The notes below the pieces were generated by a model. The model was not told the origin of the DNA, did no database searches, and was given only the letters and a program-made list of their open reading frames with translations. Shown piece after piece: positions 48,012 through 57,533 of a stretch of DNA of 64,000 nucleotides. The stretch is from an uncultured bacterium. GTDB lineage: Bacteria > Omnitrophota > Omnitrophia > Omnitrophales > Aquincolibacteriaceae. Location of the stretch: positions 14,665 to 78,664 of the forward strand of contig CAYPIR010000002.1 of NCBI GenBank assembly GCA_964410905.1. Direction: 5' to 3'. Each line of letters starts with the position of its first letter. Within the stretch, counting starts at the first letter, position 1. Position numbers and translations under genes: made by a program.

Positions 48012-48071
48012 AGCGCACTATTATGAGTAAATTTGATAAAAGTTCAAACTAAAAATGCCGTAAATGCGTAT

Positions 48072-48386
48072 ATGAAGAATAGAAAAGCAATTGTACGGAC
48101 AATTTTTATTGTAGTCGTTTTGTCTCTCTCGACAATTTGGGAGGCAAACGCCGGGACCGGCGATGATGTTGCCTATGCCTCTCGCGGCGCCGGGAAAATG
48201 ATAAGCGGTGTTTTTGCCGTTCCGCAGTGCATGCTTCAGGATTCTACTCGTGTGATGTTTCCATTTGGACTAGTAACGGGCGCGATTCGAGGTGTTGCAA
48301 AAACTGTTGGCAATGTTGTCAGCGGCGCTGTTGATATGGCGCGAGGCGCCTCTCCGTATGCGAAGTATGCCGTTCTTGCCGCGTAA
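48072..48386 (+). CDS. Small secreted Gly/Ala/Val-rich hypothetical protein
   Basis: Signal peptide MKNRKAIVRTIFIVVVLSLSTIWEANA followed by a G/A/V-rich segment. The longer ORF from 48033 is also possible. Confidence 0.4.
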   Translation: MKNRKAIVRTIFIVVVLSLSTIWEANAGTGDDVAYASRGAGKMISGVFAVPQCMLQDSTRVMFPFGLVTGAIRGVAKTVGNVVSGAVDMARGASPYAKYAVLAA

Positions 48387-49212
48387 AGCCACAAGCGTTT
48401 TAATTTTTTTCTCCTTTTTAATTCTGTCAGGCTGTCTAAGTGTTCCTTCAGCATCTCAAAGACTTGCGACAGCTGACTCTCTTGCCAAACCGATGGGTTT
48501 TATCCGCGCGCGGATTTTTTCCAACGGTTTTCAAATGACTATATTTTACAAAATTACTTCGGCGGAGCTGCCGCTTAGAGTTTATATTGAAGGGGATGGT
48601 TATGCGTGGATTACCCGTTACCGAGTGTCCGGAGACCCAACGCCTAAATTCCCGACCGCGTTAAGTCTCGCGGTTTTGGATGCTTCGTCTAATGTCGCTT
48701 ATATTGCCAGACCTTGCCAATATAAAGAAAAAGATGTTAAAGATGCTTGCCGTGATGACTATTGGACGGGCAGCCGTTTTGCCGAGGAAGTAATAGTTGC
48801 GGTGGATGAAATTGTTTCGCGAATGAAAGAAAAGGCGAGCGCGAAAGAAATAGAGATGGTCGGATATTCTGGCGGAGGAGCGGTCGCGGCGCTTATAGCG
48901 GCGCGTAGAAGTGATGTCGTTCGCTTAATAACTGTGGCGGGGAACCTTGACCCGAATGGGCTTTGCGAATATCACGGAGTGAGTATGCCCGATTTTGGAG
49001 CGCTTGATCCAATGGATGTTGCGGTTAAACTTGGCGATGTGCCGCAAACGCACTTTGTTGGCGGAAAAGATAAAGTTGTTCCGAAAATTATAGCGGATAA
49101 TTTTGTATCGGCATTACCTCGAGGAACAGATGTAAAAATAAAAGTTGCGCAAAACGCGACTCATTCTGAAGGTTGGGATAAAGTTTGGCGCGAATTGCTA
49201 GAAGAATATTAA
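48367..49212 (+). CDS. Alpha/beta-hydrolase-fold lipoprotein
   Basis: Lipobox FLILSGCLS. Nucleophile elbow GYSGGG (GxSxG). Start placed at the internal ATG giving MPFLPRKATS; the longer ORF overlaps the upstream gene. Confidence 0.55.
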   Translation: MPFLPRKATSVLIFFSFLILSGCLSVPSASQRLATADSLAKPMGFIRARIFSNGFQMTIFYKITSAELPLRVYIEGDGYAWITRYRVSGDPTPKFPTALSLAVLDASSNVAYIARPCQYKEKDVKDACRDDYWTGSRFAEEVIVAVDEIVSRMKEKASAKEIEMVGYSGGGAVAALIAARRSDVVRLITVAGNLDPNGLCEYHGVSMPDFGALDPMDVAVKLGDVPQTHFVGGKDKVVPKIIADNFVSALPRGTDVKIKVAQNATHSEGWDKVWRELLEEY

Positions 49213-49254
49213 CTCGCTTGAAATGAAGCCCTCAATTGCATAAACTTGTGCGCT

Positions 49255-49611
49255 ATGACAGACGAAATCACAATCGAAGGACTAAAAACAAATTGCGTTA
49301 TCGGGACTCTTCCACGCGAGCGAAATAAAAAACAAACGCTTTTGATAGATATTTCTTTTTCTGTTTCTATCAAAAAAGCCGTTCAAAACGATGACCTGAG
49401 TTATGCCGTTGACTACAAGTCGCTAGCGGCTGCCGCCGCTAAATTTGTTTCTAAAAGTCGTTTTTATCTAATAGAGACATTGGCGGAGCGGCTTAGCGAG
49501 ATGCTGCTCGCAAAGTTTTTTCTCAAAAAAATAACACTAAGGATTTCAAAACCTCAAGCGATACGGCGCGCGCGAAGCGTGAGCGTAAAAATTACGCGCG
49601 CGGCAAAATGA
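49255..49611 (+). CDS. folB: Dihydroneopterin aldolase
   Basis: ITIEGLKTNCVIGTLPRERNKKQTLLIDISF is typical of FolB. About 119 aa. Confidence 0.8.
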   Translation: MTDEITIEGLKTNCVIGTLPRERNKKQTLLIDISFSVSIKKAVQNDDLSYAVDYKSLAAAAAKFVSKSRFYLIETLAERLSEMLLAKFFLKKITLRISKPQAIRRARSVSVKITRAAK

Positions 49612-50630
49612 AAATTTGCCCTTTGTTTGGCCGTTGCGGCGGCTGCCAATATCAAAATGTCTCATACGAAGAAGAACTCAGATTAAAGGATAAACTTTTA
49701 AGAGAAACGCTTTCAAAAGAAATTGATATTGAAAACACGGAATTTGACGCGGTTGCAGAATCTCCTGAAATTTTTCAGTATCGGAACCGCCTTGATTTGA
49801 CTTTACGCAAACGCAACAATGGCGAAAGACAAATGGGTTTTATGATTCCGTCTTCTCAAAGACTTTTGGAAGTCGAGGAATGCCTTATCGCGAGGGAAGA
49901 AATAAATAAATTTTTGCCTCAACTTAGGAAAGAAGCGAACGCGCGGCTTCCTGAAAATTACAAAGTCGCGAACCTTGTTGTCCGCGTAGGCGATGGGGGA
50001 AGGGTCGCGTGGGGAGGCATTGGCAGACATTCGCTTCGAATGAAAGAAGAAGATTATTTTTGGACGATCGTGAACGGCAAAAAAATTTTCTACGCACTGA
50101 ATACCTTTTTTCAAGCGAATCTTTTTATTTTGAACAAAATTGTCGCGCGGCTTGACTCACTTGTCGAATGGAAAAAGGACACGATTTTTTTTGATCTTTA
50201 TTCCGGAGTTGGACTTTTTGGGATGGCTCTTTCCGACAAAGCGCGGGAAATTGTAATGATAGAAGAAGGTGGCGATTCTGTTGAGTTGGCAAGATATAAC
50301 ATTGCGTATCATAAATTGGAAGAACGGATAACGGCGCTTGTCGGAAAAGTTGAAATTCATTTGCCGCAAGTGTTGGAAAATAAAAAAGGAAAACCATGCG
50401 TCGCGCTTATTGATCCGCCTCGCGGAGGGCTTGCTGTATCCACAATAGAAACTTTGGGTGGCGCGGATGCTCTTGAGTCGCTATTTTATCTTTCTTGCTC
50501 GCCGGAATCGCTTGCGCGTGATATGAAACATTTGGAAAGAGTTGGCTGGAAGGCTAAAAAAATTATGCCATTCGATTTTTTTCCTAGGACAAGACATTTG
50601 GAGACTTTGGTATGGTTTGGCCGTTTGTAA
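49608..50630 (+). CDS. RNA (uracil-C5)-methyltransferase, RlmC/RlmD/TrmA family (no TRAM domain)
   Basis: N-terminal CPLFGRCGGCQYQ Fe-S cysteine cluster. Class I SAM-methyltransferase core (FFDLYSGVGLFG, IDPPRGG). C-terminal catalytic Cys region YLSCSP. Confidence 0.75.
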   Translation: MKICPLFGRCGGCQYQNVSYEEELRLKDKLLRETLSKEIDIENTEFDAVAESPEIFQYRNRLDLTLRKRNNGERQMGFMIPSSQRLLEVEECLIAREEINKFLPQLRKEANARLPENYKVANLVVRVGDGGRVAWGGIGRHSLRMKEEDYFWTIVNGKKIFYALNTFFQANLFILNKIVARLDSLVEWKKDTIFFDLYSGVGLFGMALSDKAREIVMIEEGGDSVELARYNIAYHKLEERITALVGKVEIHLPQVLENKKGKPCVALIDPPRGGLAVSTIETLGGADALESLFYLSCSPESLARDMKHLERVGWKAKKIMPFDFFPRTRHLETLVWFGRL

Positions 50631-51205
50631 ATGAAAAATATGAAGCAGTAGATTTTGCTAAGGCATTTGAGAACATAAACCCCGTGGAACTCGAAATCGG
50701 CTGCGGCAGAGGAAAGTTTTTGGTAACGCGCGCTGAACATAATCCAAACATTAATTTTTTGGGCATTGATAGAATAAGTCACTTTATGAAAGTTGGGCAA
50801 AAGCGAGCGGAAAAGTTAGCGCTTAAAAATATTCGATTTTTACGCGCTGAAGCCAAATCGTTTTTGACAGACGCGATAGCGTCCAGCACAGTCAGCGTTT
50901 TTCATCTTTATTTTTCTGATCCTTGGCCGAAAAGACGTCATCAAACACGGAGGGTTTTTACTCCCGAACTTTTAAAACTTTTTTATGATAAGCTCACGGC
51001 AAACGGGCTTGTTGAAATTGCCACAGATGATGTTGAGTATTTTCAAACAATGAGAAAAGTAGTATCCCAAACAGCAGATCTTTGGGAGAGCGTTAAAGAA
51101 ACTATAAATGAAAGAATCTTTGATTTTAAAAACAAAACAAGTTATGAAATAAAATGGGCGCAGGAGGGCAGAGCGCTTTTTTACATGGAGATGAAAAAAA
51201 AATGA
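50612..51205 (+). CDS. trmB: tRNA (guanine46-N7)-methyltransferase
   Basis: ELEIGCGRGKFLV...FLGIDRI...HLYFSDPWPKRRH matches TrmB. Overlaps the upstream gene by 19 nt. Confidence 0.85.
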   Translation: MVWPFVNEKYEAVDFAKAFENINPVELEIGCGRGKFLVTRAEHNPNINFLGIDRISHFMKVGQKRAEKLALKNIRFLRAEAKSFLTDAIASSTVSVFHLYFSDPWPKRRHQTRRVFTPELLKLFYDKLTANGLVEIATDDVEYFQTMRKVVSQTADLWESVKETINERIFDFKNKTSYEIKWAQEGRALFYMEMKKK

Positions 51206-51936
51206 GAATTGCGCGCGCTCTTGCAACGGCAGGACTTGGTTCGCGAAGAAAATGCGAAGAACTGGTTACCAACGGGGCTATTTCCGTAAATGGAGAAGTT
51301 GTTTATGACCTTGGACGGCAGGTGGATTTTGAACAAGACGCGATTGCTTATCGGAATAAGGTTTTGAGCCTCGCTCCGCGAATTTATTATTTGCTTAATA
51401 AGCCCGAGGGTTATGTGGTAACGGCGCAAGATGAACACGCTAAAAAAACCGTCTTTGACCTTTTGCCGCGCCAGCTTGTCGCGTCAACTCGCCAAGCCTC
51501 ATCAAATCGTGTGCGCGTTTTTCCTGTCGGCAGACTTGATAAAGATTCTTCGGGCCTTCTTTTAATGACAAATGACGGCGAGCTTGCCAATCGTTTGATT
51601 CATCCGCGGTATCATGTGGAAAAGTGGTATCGAGTTAGACTTCACCGTGCGTGGCAGTCCCGCGACAGAGTGAAAGCTCTTGAGGGATTTCATTCTTATG
51701 ATGGATTTTTACGACTTGAAGAAGTCCGCCCCATCTCTCCCAGAATGGTTTTAGTAGAGCTCAGAGAAGGAAAAAAACGTCAAATAAGACGTGTTTTTCA
51801 GAGACTAGAATACTCTGTTTTGCAGCTTCAAAGATTTTCGTTCGGACCGCTTAAGATCGGAACTCTTATGCCAGGTCAAGGAAGGTTTCTTACTTCGTAT
51901 GAAGCAAGGCGCCTTCGCGAACTTGTCGGACTTTAG
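51202..51936 (+). CDS. Pseudouridine synthase, RsuA/RluB family (S4 + PseudoU_synth_2)
   Basis: S4 domain MRIARALATAGLGSRRKCEELVTNGAISVNGEVV. Catalytic motif PVGRLDKDSSGLLLMTNDGELAN. ATGA overlap with the trmB stop. Confidence 0.8.
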   Translation: MRIARALATAGLGSRRKCEELVTNGAISVNGEVVYDLGRQVDFEQDAIAYRNKVLSLAPRIYYLLNKPEGYVVTAQDEHAKKTVFDLLPRQLVASTRQASSNRVRVFPVGRLDKDSSGLLLMTNDGELANRLIHPRYHVEKWYRVRLHRAWQSRDRVKALEGFHSYDGFLRLEEVRPISPRMVLVELREGKKRQIRRVFQRLEYSVLQLQRFSFGPLKIGTLMPGQGRFLTSYEARRLRELVGL

Positions 51937-52220
51937 GCGACTAAAACTTCCTTGCGGAATACCTCAGCAGCGTTTGATATCCTCAAATCTTTTGGTTGAT
52001 AAATAATTGGACGGGTGTCTTGGCTGGCGGTTTTGTCCATTATTACAACTAATTTATCATCAACGGAAAATGCTTGATGAAGATGTATGCTTTCCGCCTG
52101 AACGCCCTGCTGCTTGAGATAATCTAGCAAAAAATCTTGCTCAGGTTCTCGCATTGAACATTTGATATCGAGGAAGTCTTTTACCAAATACTCCCAATTT
52201 TGATTTGTATCATTTTGCAT
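51933..52220 (-). CDS. Hypothetical small protein (convergent, overlaps the pseudouridine synthase stop)
   Basis: 95-aa ORF on the opposite strand. No recognisable domain. Confidence 0.3.
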   Translation of the reverse strand: MQNDTNQNWEYLVKDFLDIKCSMREPEQDFLLDYLKQQGVQAESIHLHQAFSVDDKLVVIMDKTASQDTRPIIYQPKDLRISNAAEVFRKEVLVA

Positions 52221-52548
52221 TTTTTCTCTCCTTTGTTAGATTGCCAAAAGCCTAACAAGCCGCATGATTTTTGTTAATAGCGGAAAAGAAGAAAAGTTTT
52301 TTTAATCTATTTTTGATAGACTTTTATCCGTTTTTAATAGACCCGCTTTGCGAGCGAATAATTATATAAAAGATTGCAACCCGCGGCTACGCGCGCAGGA
52401 CGACTTCAGAACCAATTTTGTCCATGAATTGTCTGACATGCCACCTTCGCGAATGAGGAAATTAATACAGTAAAAGATGTTTTAATTTAACTCAGTCCGC
52501 ATTAAAATGTCCGCCTTTACTAAATTAATCTTCAAAAAGGACTTCAAG

Positions 52549-53691
52549 ATGTCTTCAGTTGGAATTGTTGAACTGCAATATTTTACCTTCGCGGAAAAAA
52601 CGCCATTTGTTTTAGAGTCGGGCGAAACTCTTTCGCCTGTAACCCTCGCGTACGAAACTTACGGAAAATTAAATTCTGAAAAATCTAACGCGATACTTTT
52701 AATGCACGCGTTTTCCGGCAGCGCGCACGCGGCGGGAGTTCACAAAGGAGACGGCGATATAGGCTGGTGGGATTTTATGGTCGGACCGGGCAAGGCGTTT
52801 GATACAAATAAATATTTTGTCATTTGCACAAGCGTTATTAGCGGTTGCAAAGGTTCAACGGGACCGTCTTCCATAAATCCGCGAACAAAAAAACCTTACG
52901 GAGTAACTTTCCCCAAGGTAACAATCGGCGATATGACGCGGGCGCAAAAAACGCTTATTGACCATTTTGAAATAGAGCGTCTTTACGCAGTCGCGGGCGG
53001 GTCAATGGGAGGAATGCTTGCGCTGCAATGGATTTCTTTGTTCTCCAGAAGCGCCAAGCATGTGATTTTAATAGCCACAACGCTAAAACATTCAGCGCAG
53101 CAAATCGCGTTTAACGAGGTCGCCCGCCAAGCGATTATGGCAGATACGGATTGGGCGGGCGGAGATTACTATGACAAAACTTTTCCGGTTAAGGGCTTGT
53201 CCGTCGCGCGTATGCTTGGACATATTACTTTTATGAGTTACGACTCTATGGAAACAAAATTCGCGCGTAAATTAAAAGACGATAAAGAACCATTCAAGTT
53301 TTCAGCCAATTTTGAAGTCGAAGGCTACTTGCAATATCGCGGAATGAGTTTCACAAAACGCTTTGACGCGAACGCTTATTTGTATCTCACTAAAGCTATG
53401 GATTATTTTGATTTGTCGGCGGGGAAATGGATCCCGAAGACTGGATTTCCCGATACGAAGTTCCTTGTTTTGGCATTTGAGTCAGATTGGCTCTACCCGC
53501 CTGAGCAGTCGCAGGAGATTGTCAGACTTTTGCAAATAAACAATGTGCCGGCAACTTATTTTGAAAGTGATTCGACTTACGGCCATGATACGTTTTTGAT
53601 TGAGAAAGAAGCCGGCAAACAATCGCATCTTATTTCACACTTTTTAGCGGAAAAAAAACAATCAGGACAAAGGACGCGTAACAATGACTAA
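52549..53691 (+). CDS. metX: Homoserine O-acetyltransferase
   Basis: Alpha/beta-hydrolase core with GGSMGGM around the nucleophile Ser, plus a typical MetX N-terminus (VGIVELQYFTFAE). Start placed at the Met preceded by AAGGAC. Confidence 0.85.
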   Translation: MSSVGIVELQYFTFAEKTPFVLESGETLSPVTLAYETYGKLNSEKSNAILLMHAFSGSAHAAGVHKGDGDIGWWDFMVGPGKAFDTNKYFVICTSVISGCKGSTGPSSINPRTKKPYGVTFPKVTIGDMTRAQKTLIDHFEIERLYAVAGGSMGGMLALQWISLFSRSAKHVILIATTLKHSAQQIAFNEVARQAIMADTDWAGGDYYDKTFPVKGLSVARMLGHITFMSYDSMETKFARKLKDDKEPFKFSANFEVEGYLQYRGMSFTKRFDANAYLYLTKAMDYFDLSAGKWIPKTGFPDTKFLVLAFESDWLYPPEQSQEIVRLLQINNVPATYFESDSTYGHDTFLIEKEAGKQSHLISHFLAEKKQSGQRTRNND

Positions 53692-54277
53692 ACGATTGGA
53701 TTATGAAGCGATCGCGGAGATGGTGGCCGGGAACGCGAAGGTCTTAGACCTTGGCTGCGGAAACGGCGATCTGATGCAAATGCTTGTCCAAAAAAGAAAC
53801 GCCACTGTTCAAGGCATTGAGCTTGACGATGAATCCATACATGCCTGTGTAGAAAAAGGTTTAAGTGTTTTCCATAGCGATATCGATTCCGGACTCCCAT
53901 ATTACTCTGAACAATCGTTTGACTACGCTCTTTTGAATCAAAGCATTCAACAAGTAAAAAGTGTCGAGAATGTAATTAAAGAATCTCTTCGTGTTGCTAG
54001 TAAAGCGATTATTGGATTTCCCAATTTCGCGCATATTGAGCCGCGTTCCAGACTTTTCTTCGGAGGCAAGGCTCCAATCGCGGCATCTTTGCCATACGAA
54101 TGGTTCAGCACGCCAAACTTGCGTTTTCTTTCCATCAAGGATTTCCGCAATTTTTGTGACGCAAAAAAATATCGCATTTTGTCCACGTATTTTTTTAGCG
54201 GTGAAAGAAAAGTGAGGTTTTTGCCAAATATTTTTGCGCAAAACGCAGTTTTTTTAATCGAAAAAATCAGCAACTAA
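53684..54277 (+). CDS. metW: Methionine biosynthesis protein MetW
   Basis: SAM-methyltransferase-like VLDLGCGNGDL, with typical MetW length and position overlapping metX. Confidence 0.8.
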   Translation: MTKRLDYEAIAEMVAGNAKVLDLGCGNGDLMQMLVQKRNATVQGIELDDESIHACVEKGLSVFHSDIDSGLPYYSEQSFDYALLNQSIQQVKSVENVIKESLRVASKAIIGFPNFAHIEPRSRLFFGGKAPIAASLPYEWFSTPNLRFLSIKDFRNFCDAKKYRILSTYFFSGERKVRFLPNIFAQNAVFLIEKISN

Positions 54278-54302
54278 CTATAAAAGAATACGGTTATAAA
54301 TT

Positions 54303-54662
54303 ATGCCTACTAAGCCTTCAAAAAAACTTGATGTTTTTAAAAATCCCAATCCGGAGCGCGATTACGAAATTAAACTTGATTGTCCGGAGTTTACCTGTCT
54401 TTGTCCCAAAACCGGGCAGCCTGATTTCGCGGTTATTCAGATTTCTTATATTCCCGATGAGCTTTGCGTGGAACTAAAAAGTCTTAAACTTTATCTCTGG
54501 AGTTATAGAAACGAAGGCGCATTTCACGAAGCGGTAACCAACAAGATTTTGAATGATTTGATTAAGGCTATCAATCCTAGGCAAATGACAGTTGAGGCGG
54601 ATTTTTATGTGCGAGGAGGAATCCGCACGGTGATAGTCGCGAAGCATACGAAGGCTAATTAA
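54303..54662 (+). CDS. queF: NADPH-dependent 7-cyano-7-deazaguanine reductase (type I QueF)
   Basis: [48 protein letters not shown] contains the QueF catalytic Cys and the E(S/L)K(S/A)hK(L/Y)(Y/F/W) motif. Confidence 0.85.
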   Translation: MPTKPSKKLDVFKNPNPERDYEIKLDCPEFTCLCPKTGQPDFAVIQISYIPDELCVELKSLKLYLWSYRNEGAFHEAVTNKILNDLIKAINPRQMTVEADFYVRGGIRTVIVAKHTKAN

Positions 54663-54685
54663 TTTTAAAATAGGAGACTACAGTG

Positions 54686-55198
54686 ATGACTATTGAACGC
54701 AAGAACGTGGTAACTTTTAAAGGCGGTCCGATAACTTTACTTGGCGCGGAAGTCAAGGCGGGTGATACAGCACCTGATTTTTGTATGGTTGATAAGAATC
54801 TCCAACCCGTAACGCTCGCGTCGACAAAAGGGAAAATTCGCCTTATTAGCGTAGTCCCGTCAATCGATACCCCTGTTTGTGAACTGCAAAGCAAGCGGTT
54901 TAACATGGAGGCGGCAAAACTTCCCGACAATGTTGCGGTTTTTACAGTGAGCGTTGACTTGCCGTTCGCGCAATCCCGCTGGTGCGCAAAAGAAGGAGCT
55001 GATAAGGTTCAGATGCTTTCGGATTATAAGGAACGTTCTTTTGGTGAGGCGTATGGAGTGTTGATTAAGGAATTAAAACTTTTGTCGCGAGCCATATTCG
55101 TCATTGATGAGAATGATAAGGTTGTCTATGTGGAATATGTGAAGGAAGTTTCTGAGCATCCCGATTATGCTAAAGCGCTAAAATCTCTTCCGATATAA
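54686..55198 (+). CDS. tpx: Thiol peroxidase (atypical 2-Cys peroxiredoxin Tpx)
   Basis: SVVPSIDTPVCELQ peroxidatic Cys motif and resolving Cys in FAQSRWCAKEGA. A GTG 3 nt upstream is an alternative start. Confidence 0.85.
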   Translation: MTIERKNVVTFKGGPITLLGAEVKAGDTAPDFCMVDKNLQPVTLASTKGKIRLISVVPSIDTPVCELQSKRFNMEAAKLPDNVAVFTVSVDLPFAQSRWCAKEGADKVQMLSDYKERSFGEAYGVLIKELKLLSRAIFVIDENDKVVYVEYVKEVSEHPDYAKALKSLPI

Positions 55199-55207
55199 AG
55201 AGCTGAG

Positions 55208-56041
55208 GTGAAAAAATACTTTTTTTCTCAAACGGCTGCGTTTCTTGTAGCCGTTTGTTTTTTTTCTGCTTTTACTTTTTCTATATCGGGATCAGCCGAA
55301 GATGACGACGCGATTTTTGATCCTATGGAGCACGAAGATCCAACTCGCGAGAATTTGTTTGAAAAAACAAACGCGGAACTTTTTGTCGCGGAAAGAGATT
55401 TACGCGCGCGGATTGCTAAAAATCCTAAAAACGCGGATTTGTATTACGAAATAGCGATGGTATGCGTAACGCTTTTTGATAGAACGCGGCTTAAAAAAGG
55501 CAGGCAGTCGCGTGAATGGCTTCTTAAGAGTAGGAACGCTCTAGAGAAAGTTTTGATGTTGCGACCAGATGATAAAGTAGCCCATTATAACCTTGGCATA
55601 GTTTATAAAAGATTGATCATGATGGAGCTATCGCGTGAAGAGTTCAGGAAGTCCGTCCGTCTGGCGGATGAGAAAAACGATGCGATGTTGCTTTACGCGT
55701 GCTGGTTTCAAATCGGTCTTGTATATGAGGAGCAAGGCTTTTGGTTTGACGCGCGGCAAGCGTTTCTGAAGGCTAAAGGATACGTGGGAAATAACGCGGA
55801 TATTGAAGAAGCGGTAAAACGGGTTAGTGAAAAAAGTAAGATGTCTGAAAGCGAGTTTCAACCTTCAGCTTTGACTTCTCCGGGCGGCGACAAACGAACG
55901 GGCGCGAGATATACGGACCCGAAAATGGCGGCTGTAATGGGCGAAGATCCGACGCAAGTTGAGTCTACAAATATTAGCGAAGCGATACCCGTGTTGGGAC
56001 AAATGCTAGCTAACGCGTTTGGAAAAGGTGACGACGAATGA
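55208..56041 (+). CDS. TPR-repeat secreted protein
   Basis: Signal peptide, then TPR-like helical repeats (ADLYYEIAMVC, AHYNLGIVYKRL, FQIGLVYEEQGFWFDARQAF). GTG start. Confidence 0.55.
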   Translation: MKKYFFSQTAAFLVAVCFFSAFTFSISGSAEDDDAIFDPMEHEDPTRENLFEKTNAELFVAERDLRARIAKNPKNADLYYEIAMVCVTLFDRTRLKKGRQSREWLLKSRNALEKVLMLRPDDKVAHYNLGIVYKRLIMMELSREEFRKSVRLADEKNDAMLLYACWFQIGLVYEEQGFWFDARQAFLKAKGYVGNNADIEEAVKRVSEKSKMSESEFQPSALTSPGGDKRTGARYTDPKMAAVMGEDPTQVESTNISEAIPVLGQMLANAFGKGDDE

Positions 56042-56781
56042 CGCGGGAAAGTAAACTTATTCCAAAGGGAGTAAAAGCAATCTTTTTTGACGCGGGAGGG
56101 ACGCTTTTCCAAGCGTATCCGTCAGTTGCGTATCACTACGCATCTGTCGCAACAAAGCATGGTTTTGTAGTTACGGAAAACGAGATCGCGAATTCTTTTA
56201 AGGAAGTTTGGTCGAAGCATGACAGAGTAGGAAATTTAGGGACGGGGATTGACGACAAAAATGAAAGGGTTTTCTGGCGAAAGATAGTCGCCTCTGTTTT
56301 TGAACCGTTTGGCGATATAAAAGATTTTGATAAATTTTTTACGGAACTTCACGAACTATTCGGCAGGCCTGATATTTGGCGGCTTTTTCCTGACGCGCTG
56401 GAGACTCTTGAAAATTTGAAGAAAAAATACACCATTGGGCTTGTTTCTAATTGGGATAATCGGCTGCCGCAAATTTGTAAAAATCTGGGTCTCGATAATT
56501 TTTTTGATTTCAAAGTGATTTCTTCCGAGGTTGGATTTTCTAAACCGTCGGCAGAGATTTTTCATATAGCGCTCAAACAAGGCGGCGTTTTAGCGAGTGA
56601 GGCGCTTCATATTGGAGACAGTTTGGAAGATGATGTTAGAGGCGCGCATAACGTTGGAATCAAACCAATTTGGCTTGATAGAGCTAAACGTCATTCGGGA
56701 CTTAGTGAAGAAGAGCAAACATTTGTTACTGTTATTGATAATCTTAAAGAATTAGAGGGTGAGCGGCTTGAAAAAGAATGA
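56038..56781 (+). CDS. HAD-like hydrolase (motif I variant DAGGT)
   Basis: IFFDAGGTLF, VSNWDN and GDSLEDD carry HAD motifs I-IV, with the second Asp of motif I replaced by Gly. Confidence 0.6.
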   Translation: MTRESKLIPKGVKAIFFDAGGTLFQAYPSVAYHYASVATKHGFVVTENEIANSFKEVWSKHDRVGNLGTGIDDKNERVFWRKIVASVFEPFGDIKDFDKFFTELHELFGRPDIWRLFPDALETLENLKKKYTIGLVSNWDNRLPQICKNLGLDNFFDFKVISSEVGFSKPSAEIFHIALKQGGVLASEALHIGDSLEDDVRGAHNVGIKPIWLDRAKRHSGLSEEEQTFVTVIDNLKELEGERLEKE

Positions 56782-57388
56782 AAACGTTTTGGTTCTGGAC
56801 GTTGAAACTCAAAAATCATTTAAAGAGGTTGGGAAATCTAAAATGGCAGGGCTTTCAAAACTGAAAGCGTCTGTCGTCTGCATTTATGATTATCAGAGCG
56901 GTGAGTATTCATCTTACGAAGAAAAGGATATGCTGGCGCTTGATAAACGAATTCAAACGGTCGGGCTTTTGGTCGGATTTAATATCAAAAAGTTTGATAT
57001 GGAAGTTTTAAGGCCTTATCTTTTTACGCCGGTTGAGAAATTACCCGTTTTAGATTTGCTTGACGCGATTGAACGGGCTCGGGGACATAGAGCGAGTCTA
57101 GACAGCGTTTCGCGTGCGACAATAAATGAAGGAAAATCTGGAGACGGTGCGGAAGCGATTACACTTTTTCGCGAGGGAAGAATGGAAGAGCTCACTAAAT
57201 ATTGCTTGGACGATGTCCGTTTGACGAAGACTGTTTATGAGTTTGGCCGCCGCGAAGGCAAAATATTTTTTACTTCTTCATGGGATTTCAAAAAATACGA
57301 AATACCTGTCGATTGGGAAAAAGAAACGGAAATATATTTATCCGCGAAGGCGCGGTCGCAAAACGATTTCCCTAACAGCTTGTTTTGA
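56759..57388 (+). CDS. DEDDy-type 3'-5' exonuclease-like protein
   Basis: Exo I LVLDVETQ, Exo II GFNIKKFDMEVL and Exo III YCLDDVRLT. Start codon uncertain (GTG or TTG). Confidence 0.5.
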   Translation: MSGLKKNENVLVLDVETQKSFKEVGKSKMAGLSKLKASVVCIYDYQSGEYSSYEEKDMLALDKRIQTVGLLVGFNIKKFDMEVLRPYLFTPVEKLPVLDLLDAIERARGHRASLDSVSRATINEGKSGDGAEAITLFREGRMEELTKYCLDDVRLTKTVYEFGRREGKIFFTSSWDFKKYEIPVDWEKETEIYLSAKARSQNDFPNSLF

Positions 57389-57533
57389 AAAAAAGGTGTT
57401 TTCAGGAGACGAAACTCGACATTAATTCCAAACTTCCGCAAGCGGCGTTATTTGTAATTAAGATGATTTTTGCATTTTTTGTCCTATCGGCCAATAATTT
57501 TGATTTAAAACATAAACATTAAAGAGACTAAAC

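Noticed and set aside
52221-52548. Long (about 330 nt) leader upstream of metX/metW, considered as a possible SAM-responsive riboswitch.
   Set aside because: Reading it, I could not find the conserved cores of SAM-I (GAGGGA...GCCC kink-turn region), SAM-II or other classes I know. It is also the divergent promoter region for the minus-strand small ORF. It would need an Infernal/Rfam scan; a confident SAM, SAH or T-box hit would overturn this.
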